Positions 22,802-33,743 of a stretch of 64,000 nt of DNA are shown piece after piece. Each line of letters begins with the position of its first letter. Position 1 is the stretch's first letter. This DNA comes from Nitrosopumilus sp. (GTDB lineage: Archaea; Thermoproteota; Nitrososphaeria; Nitrososphaerales; Nitrosopumilaceae). A program made the position numbers and the translations under genes. The stretch spans positions 928,001-992,000 of the forward strand of contig OZ244651.1 in NCBI GenBank assembly GCA_965218695.1, given 5' to 3'. The notes beneath the pieces were generated by a model that saw only the letters and a list, made by a program, of their open reading frames with translations, was not told the DNA's origin and made no database searches.

Positions 22802-22833
22802 GCATTAAATGGTAAAGCTGGTGCAAGAATTAC
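22802..22833 (+). pseudogene. Relic 3' end of a carbamate kinase gene
   Basis: 30/32 nt identical to 33699..33730 (ALNGKAG(A/T)(R/K)IT). Confidence 0.65.
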
Positions 22834-22879
22834 TACATCTATGCTAATTTCTCCACGGACTCATCCGGTTACTGCGTCC

Positions 22880-23121
22880 AGTCTGCCGTTTTTGGATGCG
22901 TTTGCACGATGCTGAACCGCATGAAGGATCTCGGCATCGGCTGCAGGGATTCTGTCTTCTGCGCGGACCGCAGATACGATTCTGGCGGGACATGCGGCAT
23001 GCTATTCGGAATGGGTATGGTCCCAAACATCAAGCAAAAAAGAAACGCCGTAAGCCGCAGCAAGTCGTTCCGCAGGCGGGCTGCCGCCCTGTTTGACGAA
23101 ACTGTATACCGGTACCAGTAA
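22880..23121 (+). pseudogene. IS5-family transposase remnant
   Basis: ADRRYDS..PNIKQKRNA..FDETVYRYQ. Confidence 0.6.
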
Positions 23122-23141
23122 ACCTATAGCGGCGCGCCAAA

Positions 23142-23277
23142 ATTCGTGTGCGAAGAATCCAATTTTGCACTTGGAATGGTGTGGTTCATTCGCCGATGGC
23201 CAGATTTTTGCACGAACTAGGGCGGCTAACAGCGCCCAGTTTGATGAAATGCAGAATTGCGGAATCCATTTAGCCTA
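23142..23277 (+). repeat. Diverged copy of the non-coding 3' end of IS630-F (inverted relative to 26500..26636)
   Basis: Shared ATTCGTGTGCGAAGAATCC..TTTTTGCAC..GCAGAATTG..CCATTT blocks. Confidence 0.7.
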
Positions 23278-23462
23278 AGGTGAGCGGATTGCTTTGGCCC
23301 CTACTACTGCTCACCTGCATACTGACGTGCAGGAAATGTACGCTCAACTGCTACCAAGAACTTGACCATATACTAATGGCACAGTGATCCGTGCGGAGCC
23401 GAAACGCGTACTTTCGTTTGCTGAGAATACTAATATAATACTGTGTAACATGGTATTATGAG

Positions 23463-24851
23463 TTGGTTGGCATCAATAGACAGAAAAAGCCTAAATCGAT
23501 CTTGATAAAAAACGCGTACATAATAACTGTAGATAAAATAGATAGAATAATTAAAAACGGATCCATTTTCGTTGAAAATGATCGAATCATCGATATAGGA
23601 AAGAGCGACGATTTGTTACAAAAATACAAAGCTGAAAAGATAATAGATGCCAGACAAAATCTTGTCATACCGGGCCTTATCAACACCCATTCTCACATGG
23701 TTTTTTACCTAACCCGCGGTCTTGGCATGGATAAACATACAATTGATTGGCTTAGGGCAGCTATTTGGCCTTTCATGCAAGAGCTTTCTGAAGATGATGC
23801 CCATATTGGTGCACTATTAGGATTTGCTGAAAATTTGAAGACTGGAACCACATTTGTTATTGACAATGAAACAGCTGTACGAAAAGATAGAAAGGGAATT
23901 TTTGACAGAGTCGCGCAGGCTGCTCAGGAGTCTGGGATTAAGGCGATACTACTAAGAGGGTATCAGGATGAGCCATCTAAAATACCCGAAATGTTTGTGG
24001 AGAGTCTGGATGAAATAAATCATGAATATGAAAGAATTATAGGAAAATGGCACAATAAAGGTGATGGTAGACTAAAGACTTGGATTCATCCCGGGAACCT
24101 GCTATACTGTAGCCCCGAATCTTTTTGCAAATTCAATGAATTAGCTAAAAAACATGATATTGGAATTCATACTCATGTTGCTGAAGATCGTGAAGGAACA
24201 AACCGTATTAAGGAAAGATACGGCAAGGGGTACATCGAGGTTTTTCGTGATATTGGCGTACTTGGACCCAAATTTCAAATGGCTCACACCATCTTTGTTT
24301 CAGAAAAAGAAATACAGATGATCGCTCAGGCACAGGCCCGAGTTATGTATACGCCAACAGCAGATATGCTACTTGCAGCGGGAGCACCACCCATTCATAA
24401 GATGCGTGACGCTGGAGTCGTTGTAGGACTTGGTACAGACTCGCCTAATAATAGTCAAGACATGATACAATGTATGAAGTTTGGAGCTCTACTTCTAAAG
24501 TCCACGACGGAGAATTCCACAATAATGCCTGCTCAAGAAATCTTGAGACTAGCCACAATAGAAGGCGCCAAGTCCATGGGATTAGAAAACGAAATCGGAT
24601 CACTTGAGGTTGGAAAGAAGGCCGATATTGTGATTGTTGACGTACATAAGATTCATACTACTCCACTACACGACCCCGTCTCCACGTTGGTTTATTCCTC
24701 TAGTGGTACTGATGTAGATACTGTCATCGTTGATGGTGAGGTTCTGGTTGAAGGAGGAAAACTAGTTCATATTAATGAAAGTGAAATTATGGAAGCGGCT
24801 CAAGAAGCGGCAGATGGAGTTGTGAAACGTAGCAAGACGCAGCTTAACTGA
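23463..24851 (+). CDS. Metal-dependent amidohydrolase/deaminase (MtaD/AtzA/TrzA/SsnA-like)
   Basis: PGLINTHSH, HTHVAE, MAH, GLGTD and GSLEVGKKAD motifs. Confidence 0.9.
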   Translation: MVGINRQKKPKSILIKNAYIITVDKIDRIIKNGSIFVENDRIIDIGKSDDLLQKYKAEKIIDARQNLVIPGLINTHSHMVFYLTRGLGMDKHTIDWLRAAIWPFMQELSEDDAHIGALLGFAENLKTGTTFVIDNETAVRKDRKGIFDRVAQAAQESGIKAILLRGYQDEPSKIPEMFVESLDEINHEYERIIGKWHNKGDGRLKTWIHPGNLLYCSPESFCKFNELAKKHDIGIHTHVAEDREGTNRIKERYGKGYIEVFRDIGVLGPKFQMAHTIFVSEKEIQMIAQAQARVMYTPTADMLLAAGAPPIHKMRDAGVVVGLGTDSPNNSQDMIQCMKFGALLLKSTTENSTIMPAQEILRLATIEGAKSMGLENEIGSLEVGKKADIVIVDVHKIHTTPLHDPVSTLVYSSSGTDVDTVIVDGEVLVEGGKLVHINESEIMEAAQEAADGVVKRSKTQLN

Positions 24852-24859
24852 AAGCGAAA

Positions 24860-26500
24860 AAAGGTTGCAAACTTGTGATAAAAAACGATTCACTGCCAAC
24901 TTTGGTTTTGAAAATAAACAGTTTGATGATTCCATCATAACAGGAACAGCATTGCACATGTATTATTCAGGAATGTCAGTAAGGATATTCCCAACCATTA
25001 TGAGATGATGGAGACTGCCACATCATTCAAAACCAGCTATAGTGAAAAGCGAAAATTCGTTCCAAGTTCAGCACCTCTGACCGGAAACTATGTAGATCAG
25101 ATTGTCGCCTAACGCGGCATGAGCAAAGTAACACGGGAAGAACTCGAAGCAGCATACAAAAAAGAAAAAAACCTCAAGGTGGGAGTCAGAATGCTTGCAG
25201 TACACATGGTATATTTTCGCAAAGTGAGCATAGATGATGCAGCCGTCAGCCTTCTGCGATGCCCGCGATGGGTGCGCAACTGGCTGGAACGCTTCGAGAA
25301 CGGAGGCCTGCAAGGCCTCCGGGACCTTCCCAGATCCGGCAGGCCGCCCAAGATTTCGCCGGAAGCGATAGACGGCATACTGGACAAGGTAGACCGGCTC
25401 AAGACCACTCCTGCCGAACTGCGGCAGGTCATACACAGGGAGACGGGAACAAAGATGCACAGGACGAATGTCAGGAAAATCATGCAAAAATACGGCCTGT
25501 CTCCCAAGGGGTCGCAAAAAATCCACATCAACAGGGCCACCAAAACGGCCGTAAAAAGTTGGCAATATCGCCTCAAAAAGAGAATTTCACGCCTAGAAAA
25601 GGACAGTTTTGTCCTGGTCGTGCAAGACGAGGCGTTCTTCATACACGACGTAAAATCTGGCCGCAAGTATTGGTCGCCTGTGGGGGTGCCAATAACCGTG
25701 CCATACACGGGAAGCCACAAAAGAATTACCGTGTACGGTTCAGTCACGACGGACGGCAGGCAGTTCTTCAGGACTGCCAGCGGGTTCAACGCGCCCACTT
25801 TTGTTGCATATCTCAAGGCCATGCAGAGACATTTTGGGAAGGTGGCCGTCATGGTGGACAGGGCATCCCCGCACCGCGCAAAAGCCGTCCGGACGCTGCT
25901 GCGCGAGAACAGGAACATCAGGATCATATACCTGCCAAAAGGCTCGCCGTATCTCAACGCCGTGGAAGAATGCTGGCACCAGGGAAAACGGAACCTGCTT
26001 GTCTCAGAATACTACAAAACCTTCGTGGACATGCACAGAGCCGTCTCCCAGTATTATCGAACTGCGAGATTCAATCTGGACTTGATCAAATACTTTAACA
26101 GAAAAGCCGAATTATTTTGCAGGAACTTTTGATCGCCACTATATAACGGAGTTTCAAATGATTACAATCTGACTGCAAAATATCTCAATGGGCTCGTACC
26201 AAGAGTTGGTGACTGTTTCAGGGTAGACTAGTATAGATTAAAGTCGCAGGAAAGCAGAATTACCCGTTTGCAAGTATGGATGATGATACCAGATATTTGC
26301 TGACCAGCGACATGGCAGCTACAAAGTTCCGGCACAATGCAGACAGCCTGTCATCCATGACCAAAAAGCAGGCTGGCAAATCTCCAAGGAATTTCATAAC
26401 CGACGGACTTCCAGCCTGCATAAAGTCAGGCAGGAAGGTATTTGGAAAAAAGATAAACCGCGTCAGGCATAGTTGGGGCCAAAGCAATCCGCTCACCCTA
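24860..26500 (+). pseudogene. IS6-like DDE transposase remnant, interrupted by IS630-B copy 2
   Basis: KRFTANFGFENKQFDD..MYYSGMSVR before the insertion; MDDDTRYLLTSD..FITDGLPA after it. Confidence 0.7.
25040..26141 (+). mobile_element. IS630-family element B, copy 2 (transposase 25119..26132)
   Basis: 1102 bp, near-identical to 11603..12704, TA duplication. Confidence 0.94.
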
Positions 26501-28170
26501 GCCTAAAATGGCCTCACAATTCTGCTGTCCATCAGGCTTGGTGCGGTTAGAGGCCCAGGTTTGTGCAAAAACCTGGCCGCCGGTGAATAGGGACACATCA
26601 TTCCGGGTGCAGAAGCGGATTCTTCGCACACGAATGCGGTTAGTTTACCATAGCCCGTGAGCCGGTTGTCCATCTTTTCAAGAATGCCCGTTATTACAGT
26701 CTTTAGCTCCTCTATGGACTTGAAGTACCTACCAGCCAGCCGTTTCTTGAGATCCCGCCACACGTTCTCGATTTGGTTCAGCTGCGGTGTGTACGGCGGA
26801 AGGAATTCCCGCTCGATAGCTCCGCCTGCACCCTCCACGTATAGTGTCAATCAAAAGTCTTCTACGTCAGTCTGAGCGTAACATTTTTTGATCACTCCGC
26901 ACTACCGCCCACATGGATGAAAAAAGCAAAAAGCTGTTAATCCAGGCCTACAAGAAAGAGAAGAGGGGAACCATAAAGGACAGGATCCACGCCGTCTGCA
27001 TGGTCAAGATCAGGGGGCTGGGCGTATCCGAGGTGGCATCACTGTGCTTTTGCGACCCGCACACTGTCACAAGCTGGGTCCGGCATTTTGATAGCGAGGG
27101 TCTTGCAGGCCTGGAAGACAGGCCCCGCCCGGGCAGGCCGCCCAAGGTCGGGCTTGAGAAGATTGCGGGGCTTGCAGCAAGGACTGGCAGCATCACAACT
27201 CCAAAGCAGCTCAAAGAAAACATACGCAAAGAATTCAAGGTGACATACCACATTTCAAACGTCACAAAGATAATGCACAGGCTTGGCCTGTCTGCCAAGA
27301 CGGTCCAGCGCATCCACGTCAACAGGCCAGAGATCAAAAAGATCAGGCAGTGGCAGCGCAACGCCAAAAGGCGGATTTCACGCCTGCAAGAGAAGGGTTT
27401 TCTCCCAGTCGTCTTTGACGAGGCCATATTTGTAGACGATCCGGCATCGGGCGTAAAGTATTGGTCGCCAGAAGGCGAGCCGATTGTCACGACATACAAG
27501 GGACGGCACGGAAAGGTGGTGGCATACGGTTCCATTGTAACAGACGGCAGGCAGTTCTTCAGGACGCATGAAAAATTTGATAAGGAGACGGTCCTGCAGT
27601 ATCTCAAGGATCTGGTCAGGCATTTTGGAAAGGTGGTCGTAATCATGGATAATGCGCCACAACACAAGTCAAGGATCGTGATGAAATTTCTAAAGGAAAA
27701 TCCCGACATCAAGGTCATGTGGCTTCCAGCTGCAACGCCCGAGCTTAGCGGCGTGGAGGAGTACTGGCACCAGGCAAAACGTAACGTGCTGGTGTCCGAG
27801 TACTATGCCACGATAGTGCAGATGCGCAACGCGATGTCGGAGTATTTCAGGACCGCGCGTCCAAGGATTGACGTAATGGAGTTCATCTGTAGAAAGTCCC
27901 TAAATGTAAAAAACTTTTGATCGACACTATACTCGTTGATCGTGTGGGAATGGTGGTGTGATGCGTTGTCCAGAACCATGCAGGACTTTGGATGGCTCCC
28001 CCGGACGTACTCCATGAACCCCTTGAATGTCTCAGAGTTTGCGGATTCCGCTATGCGCACGTAGATCACGTCCATCCCCATTACGCCGAACAGCTTGACG
28101 GATTTTTTTGAGAAGCCGGTTCGGACCGTGTCGCGGCCTCCGGCGAGTACATCTGCGAGACTGGGATCAA
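26500..28170 (-). pseudogene. IS630-family remnant F, interrupted by IS630-D copy 2
   Basis: VLDNASHHHSHTINEY|VEGAGGAIEREFLPPYTPQLNQIENVW joins across the TA site. Confidence 0.75.
26842..27929 (+). mobile_element. IS630-family element D, copy 2 (transposase 26913..27920)
   Basis: 1088 bp, near-identical to 17900..18987, TA duplication. Confidence 0.94.
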
Positions 28171-28206
28171 ATGACAGTATATATAGAGAATTGGTTTAAT
28201 ATTAAT

Positions 28207-29805
28207 ATGATCCTCAATATTGTTAAAAAGAATTTTTTTAGGGATTCAGTTCAAATGATGCAATTTTCTCAGCGATTAAGAGATGAGCAGGGAGTTGTTG
28301 ATGCAGCTATCGTGATGGCAACAGAATTCAACAAAAATACTCTCAAGAACATGGATCTATTAACGGAAGATGGCATTGCTGCTACCGAAAATGATACATT
28401 AATTTCAATTAATTGTGAAGACGAAAATTCGTTGAACGATACTATCCAAAAGGCAGAACAATTACTTGTATCAACTTCTGTGAAGACAAAAAATGAATTC
28501 ACTAGTCTGACATCTGCATTGGATTCCTTTAGCAATGCAAACATTGCATCATTATCAATTCCCGGTCAATTTGTTAAAGAAATGGCTGCAGAGTTGTTAG
28601 AAAAAAAACTCCATCTATTTGTTTTCAGTGATCATGTATCATTAGATGATGAAATCTACTTGAAAAATCTTGCGCTTGAAAACAATGTATTATTCATGGG
28701 GCCTGAAGCTGGGACATCCATACTTGATGGAAATGTGTTTGGATTTGGAAATAGGGTAAGAAAAGGTTCTGTCGGAATTATTGGAGCGTCAGGCACTGGA
28801 ATTCAAGAGTCCGCCACTCTACTAGATTTGTTTGGTGAGGGCATATCTCATGCAATAGGGGTTGGTGGAAGAGACTTACAGAAAGATGTGGGTGGGATGA
28901 TGACAATGAAGGCCATGGAAATTTTTGAAGATGATCCAAACACTAAAGCTGTTCTACTCGTTTCAAAACCAGTCGATGATGGTGTTAGAAATAATATCAT
29001 AAACAAAATCAACAATTTTTCAAAGAAAAATTATGTTTTTTGTTTCATTAGTGATAAAGAAAACCGTGAAGATTCTGCCAAAATAAAATTTTCCAAATCA
29101 ATTCAAACATCTGTGCTAAAAATTCTGCAGTCTCTAAATAGTAACGTTTACAAAAAAACTAAGAATGTTGTTAAGAACCAAGTTAACGATTCAATTAAAC
29201 TGGCTGAATCACTTTCCAAAGATTTAAACGAGGAGCAAAAATTTGTCAGGGGATTTTTTGCTGGGGGTACCCTTTGTTACGAATCCAAAACACTTTTGGA
29301 ACAAATTGTGGGAAAAGTATACTCTAATCTTAGCTCAGATGATGCATATTCCATTACGGGAGATGCACCCAGTAAAGAAAATACTTTAATTGATTTTGGT
29401 GAAGAGCAATTTACTTCTGCAAGACCACACCCTATCATCGATCCTTTATTGAGAAAGAACCGAATTCTTGAAGAAGCCAATGACCCAAACGTAAGCGTGA
29501 TAATTATTGATATAATATGTGGAATTAACGCTGCAAAAAATACCATGGCATTTCATGCTGAAACCATAAAAAAAGCTATTCAGATTGCTAAGGAAAAAGG
29601 CAGAAGACTGCCTGTTTTTACATACATTTGTGGAACAGAAAAGGATGTAAGTGAAAATGAGCTCCAGATGTTAAGAGATTCTGGAGCCAGAATTTTTACA
29701 TCCAATGCCTTGATGAGTTTTGCGGCTGCGCTTGTTGTTAAGAATTTAGATGAAAATTTGATGAAAAAAATTCGGTGTGAATTTTTGGAGGCAGAATTAT
29801 TTTGA
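28207..29805 (+). CDS. fdrA: FdrA/AllF/YahF family acyl-CoA-synthetase-like protein
   Basis: FRDSVQMM, FSDHV, MGPEAGT, GASGTGIQE, GVGGRDL, GGTLCYE and RPHPIIDP motifs; likely start ATG 28207. Confidence 0.92.
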   Translation: MILNIVKKNFFRDSVQMMQFSQRLRDEQGVVDAAIVMATEFNKNTLKNMDLLTEDGIAATENDTLISINCEDENSLNDTIQKAEQLLVSTSVKTKNEFTSLTSALDSFSNANIASLSIPGQFVKEMAAELLEKKLHLFVFSDHVSLDDEIYLKNLALENNVLFMGPEAGTSILDGNVFGFGNRVRKGSVGIIGASGTGIQESATLLDLFGEGISHAIGVGGRDLQKDVGGMMTMKAMEIFEDDPNTKAVLLVSKPVDDGVRNNIINKINNFSKKNYVFCFISDKENREDSAKIKFSKSIQTSVLKILQSLNSNVYKKTKNVVKNQVNDSIKLAESLSKDLNEEQKFVRGFFAGGTLCYESKTLLEQIVGKVYSNLSSDDAYSITGDAPSKENTLIDFGEEQFTSARPHPIIDPLLRKNRILEEANDPNVSVIIIDIICGINAAKNTMAFHAETIKKAIQIAKEKGRRLPVFTYICGTEKDVSENELQMLRDSGARIFTSNALMSFAAALVVKNLDENLMKKIRCEFLEAELF

Positions 29806-29957
29806 TACCGGGCAATCTTCGAGTAATAAATATCGGCTTAAAGCTTTTTTATCAATCCCTAACGGAACAAAAGATTGAAGCCGTTCACGTCATCTGGGAA
29901 CCAAAACCAAAACTTGAAAAAGAGATTGAAGATATACTTGATAGAATGGACGTGTGA
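29802..29957 (+). CDS. 51-aa FdrA-associated small protein (stand-alone equivalent of the FdrA/YahF C-terminal segment)
   Basis: TTG overlaps the fdrA stop; MIPGNLRVINIGLKLFYQSLTEQKIEAVHVIWEPKPKLEKEIEDILDRMDV matches the VINIG..F..L..V.W.P pattern; below the ORF track size limit. Confidence 0.8.
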   Translation: MIPGNLRVINIGLKLFYQSLTEQKIEAVHVIWEPKPKLEKEIEDILDRMDV

Positions 29958-29968
29958 TTATTCAAATG

Positions 29969-30043
29969 GTATGAAGTCAGCTGCCTCATTTACTCAGGTA
30001 CGAATCTGTATGGCCGTCGGGTTTTTACGCCCGGCTTAATGTA
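29969..30043. mobile_element. 91-bp palindromic MITE, left part (right part 32682..32697), split by IS630-B copy 3
   Basis: Ends GTATGAAGTCAGC and GCTGACCTCATAC; alignable end to end with 19081..19171; degenerate TSD TTCAAATG/TTTAATTG. Confidence 0.78.
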
Positions 30044-32679
30044 TAGTGGCGATCAAAAGTTCCTGCAAAATAATTCGGCTTTTCTGTTAAAGTATTTGAT
30101 CAAGTCCAGATTGAATCTCGCAGTTCGATAATACTGGGAGACGGCTCTGTGCATGTCCACGAAGGTTTTGTAGTATTCTGAGACAAGCAGGTTCCGTTTT
30201 CCCTGGTGCCAGCATTCTTCCACGGCGTTGAGATACGGCGAGCCTTTTGGCAGGTATATGATCCTGATGTTCCTGTTCTCGCGCAGCAGCGTCCGGACGG
30301 CTTTTGCGCGGTGCGGGGATGCCCTGTCCACCATGACGGCCACCTTCCCAAAATGTCTCTGCATGGCCTTGAGATATGCAACAAAAGTGGGCGCGTTGAA
30401 CCCGCTGGCAGTCCTGAAGAACTGCCTGCCGTCCGTCGTGACTGAACCGTACACGGTAATTCTTTTGTGGCTTCCCGTGTATGGCACGGTTATTGGCACC
30501 CCCACAGGCGACCAATACTTGCGGCCAGATTTTACGTCGTGTATGAAGAACGCCTCGTCTTGCACGACCAGGACAAAACTGTCCTTTTCTAGGCGTGAAA
30601 TTCTCTTTTTGAGGCGATATTGCCAACTTTTTACGGCCGTTTTGGTGGCCCTGTTGATGTGGATTTTTTGCGACCCCTTGGGAGACAGGCCGTATTTTTG
30701 CATGATTTTCCTGACATTCGTCCTGTGCATCTTTGTTCCCGTCTCCCTGTGTATGACCTGCTGCAGTTCGGCAGGAGTGGTCTTGAGCCGGTCTACCTTG
30801 TCCAGTATGCCGTCTATCGCTTCCGGCGAAATCTTGGGCGGCCTGCCGGATCTGGGAAGGTCCCGGAGGCCTTGCAGGCCTCCGTTCTCGAAGCGTTCCA
30901 GCCAGTTGCGCACCCATCGCGGGCATCGCAGAAGGCTGACGGCTGCATCATCTATGCTCACTTTGCGAAAATATACCATGTGTACTGCAAGCATTCTGAC
31001 TCCCACCTTGAGGTTTTTTTCTTTTTTGGTAAGTGTTCACGTCGTGCCTAATTCAGTTCACTCTTGGGTAAATTTTGTGCAAACCACAGATCCAAATAGG
31101 ATGGTAATCCAAACCCGATGTGAAAAGCCAGGCTGAACTCAAAAAGATGTACACGGATCTCAAGACTGAGAACATCAAGCTCAAGCAGACGATTGAGATG
31201 CAAGGGCAGATAATTGAGGAATTGAATCTGGCAGTTGCTGATCTTAAGCGCAGGCTGGTGCGGCATGACAATTACAACACCCCGTCATCACAAAAAAGGG
31301 GGCCCGGATGGCCTGACACAAAGGGAAAAGGCGACGAAAAGAATGCCTACAATAAATCCACAAAAGCCTCCCGGGATCAAAAGGACCGCGTGGATGCGGC
31401 CGGCAGCGGGAAGTCGCGCGGGGGGCAAAAAGGCCACATGGGCCGCACCCGCAAGCCAAAACCCACCGAGTTTGAGGAACACACCCCGGAGGCCTGCCCC
31501 GAATGCGGCTCGGGTAGCCTTTCCATAGTGCAGTCAGAAAAACGCGACATTACCAAGGTGGAGCGCACGATAAAGGTCATCACCACGCGCCACACCATAA
31601 ACACGTGTCGCTGCTCCTGCGGTCTGGTGGACATCAAGCCCGAGACCGGCCTTCCAGACAAGGGCAGCTACGATCCGAGCATAACGACTGATGTTGCAGA
31701 CGATTACGTGTGTCGCATGCCGTTTAGGATGATCGCAGACCGCATGTCGCGGTACGGAATTACACTCTCCTCGGGCACGGCGCACAACATAATGCGCAGG
31801 CTGGGAACGTCGCTGGGCGCCCCTGCGGCAGCCATTGCCGCCATGATACGCAAGGCCAAGATACTGCACGCCGACGAGACATCGATTCACCTAAACGGCC
31901 GCAACGTCTGGGTGTGGATACTGCACGATCCGCTGACCGGGCACGCGCTGTACGTGATACGGGACAGCCGGGGGGCAAAGGTTCTGAAAGAAGCGCTTGG
32001 GGGTTGGGACGGCACGTTAGTGTGCGACGGCTGGACGGCGTACGGAAAATACCGCGTCCAGCGCTGCTGGTCGCACATAATACGCGAGGCCAGGGACATC
32101 TGCAACCGCAATCCGGACTGCCCAGGCGCGCGCAACGTCCTGAAGCACCTGCGCATAATCTATGATTATGCCAGAAGGGCAAGCAGGAAACGCTCGCGCT
32201 CTCTCCGGGACAACGCGTCTGCCATGCTGACGTCATGCATCGAAAAGATCGTTGCAAGGTACGCCGACGATCCAATATTGGAAAAATTCATGGTCAAGAT
32301 CAGCAATGCTGGCAGCGACCTGTTCCGGTTCGTGCTGAACCCAAAGATCCCGCCTACAAACAATGCTGCAGAACGCGGGTTGCGCGAGATAGTCGTGCAC
32401 AGAAAAATACGGGGCAGCATAAGGGCAGAGGAGACGATGACGTGGATGGCGAATTTCTTTTCATGTGTAATGACATGGAAAAACAAGAAATTGGATTACT
32501 TGGCGGAGATTGCAAAATACGCCTAAAAATGAGTTAAACCACGTGAACACTTACCTTTTTTGTATGCTGCTTCGAGTTCTTCCCGTGTTACTTTGCTCAT
32601 GCCGCGTTAGGCGACAATCTGATCTACATAGTTTCCGGTCCGAGGTGCTGAACTTGGAACGAATTTTCGCTTTTCACTA
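30044..32679 (-). mobile_element. IS630-family element B, copy 3, disrupted by IS66 copy 3
   Basis: Both ends intact with TA duplication; the ORF 5' end (MSKVTREELEAAY) lies beyond the IS66 at 32563-32600. Confidence 0.93.
31029..32554 (+). mobile_element. IS66-family element, copy 3 (transposase 31120..32526)
   Basis: 1526 bp; TSD CTTTTTTG at 31021-28 and 32555-62. Confidence 0.95.
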
Positions 32680-32744
32680 TAGTTGCTGACCTCATACTTT
32701 AATTGTTCTTAATTATTTATATAGTTTAATAAAAAATCTACCTC

Positions 32745-33743
32745 ATGAATAGTAAAGGACAAAAAACCCAAAGCGGATCTAAGAAAAAAGTAGTAGTAGC
32801 AATTGGCGGAAATTCCATTTTGCAACAAGATCAAGTTGGCACATATGAAGAACAGCAAGAAAATATTAAAAAAATGGCAAAAAGTATTGCTTCTATTATT
32901 CTAGGAAAACATCGATACGAAATTTCAGTTCTTATTCATGGTAATGGGCCTCAGGTGGGAAACCTCCTTCTTCAACAGGAATCGGCAACGAATGTTCCTA
33001 ATCAGCCGATGCACACAGTTATTGCAATGACACAAGGCCAAATCGGATACATGATACAACAAGCACTTCAAAACGAGTTTATAAAATTAAAAAAAAATAA
33101 AAGGGTTGTAAGTTTGATTACTCAAACAGTAGTCACCGAAAAAGATTCAAACCTTTCTAACGTCCCTCCAACTAAACCCATAGGTCCTTTTTTTACAGAG
33201 TCTGAAGCAAAAAAATTAGGAAATAGTACAAACCATGTCTATAAGAAGGTAAAACCTACTGGGAAAAAAACGTGGAGAAGGGTAGTTCCATCTCCAAAGC
33301 CACTTGAAATTGTAGAATTAGATATAGTGAAAAAATTGATTGATGATTCCTGCTTATTGATTGCTGGCGGCGGCGGCGGCATTCCTGTAAGTAAGAATTG
33401 TTCTGGTTTTGAGGCAGTAAACTGCCTGGTTGATAAGGATCATGCTGCATCTTTGCTTGCAAAATCTATTGGAGCTTCAGTACTTTTTTTTCTAACAGAC
33501 ATAGATAAAGTGAAATTGAATTATGGTAAACCAAATGAAAGCGATTTGGATACTATTACTGTAAAAACTGCAAAAAAGCTCCTAAAAGAGGGAGCATTTT
33601 TGGAGGGAAGTATGAAACCAAAGATACTAGCATCCTTAGATTTCTTAGAATCTGGGGGAGATATTGCTATTATCACATCTTTTGATCATGCCGTAGCAGC
33701 ATTAAATGGTAAAGCTGGTACAAAAATTACTTCAAAAGATTAA
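32745..33743 (+). CDS. arcC: Carbamate kinase
   Basis: AIGGNS, HGNGPQVG, TQGQIGY, PTKPIGPF, RRVVPSP, GGGGIPV, DKD and GSMKPK motifs. Confidence 0.96.
   Translation: MNSKGQKTQSGSKKKVVVAIGGNSILQQDQVGTYEEQQENIKKMAKSIASIILGKHRYEISVLIHGNGPQVGNLLLQQESATNVPNQPMHTVIAMTQGQIGYMIQQALQNEFIKLKKNKRVVSLITQTVVTEKDSNLSNVPPTKPIGPFFTESEAKKLGNSTNHVYKKVKPTGKKTWRRVVPSPKPLEIVELDIVKKLIDDSCLLIAGGGGGIPVSKNCSGFEAVNCLVDKDHAASLLAKSIGASVLFFLTDIDKVKLNYGKPNESDLDTITVKTAKKLLKEGAFLEGSMKPKILASLDFLESGGDIAIITSFDHAVAALNGKAGTKITSKD

Noticed and set aside
23278-23420. Possible riboswitch upstream of the deaminase (hairpins GGTGAGC..GCTCACC and CCTGCA..TGCAGG)
   Set aside because: No recognisable purine or guanidine aptamer consensus, and it lies upstream of the probable TATA box; an Rfam scan would be needed
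28108-28206. N-terminal extension of FdrA in the ORF track
   Set aside because: It overlaps IS630-F remnant and promoter-like DNA; family similarity starts at ATG 28207
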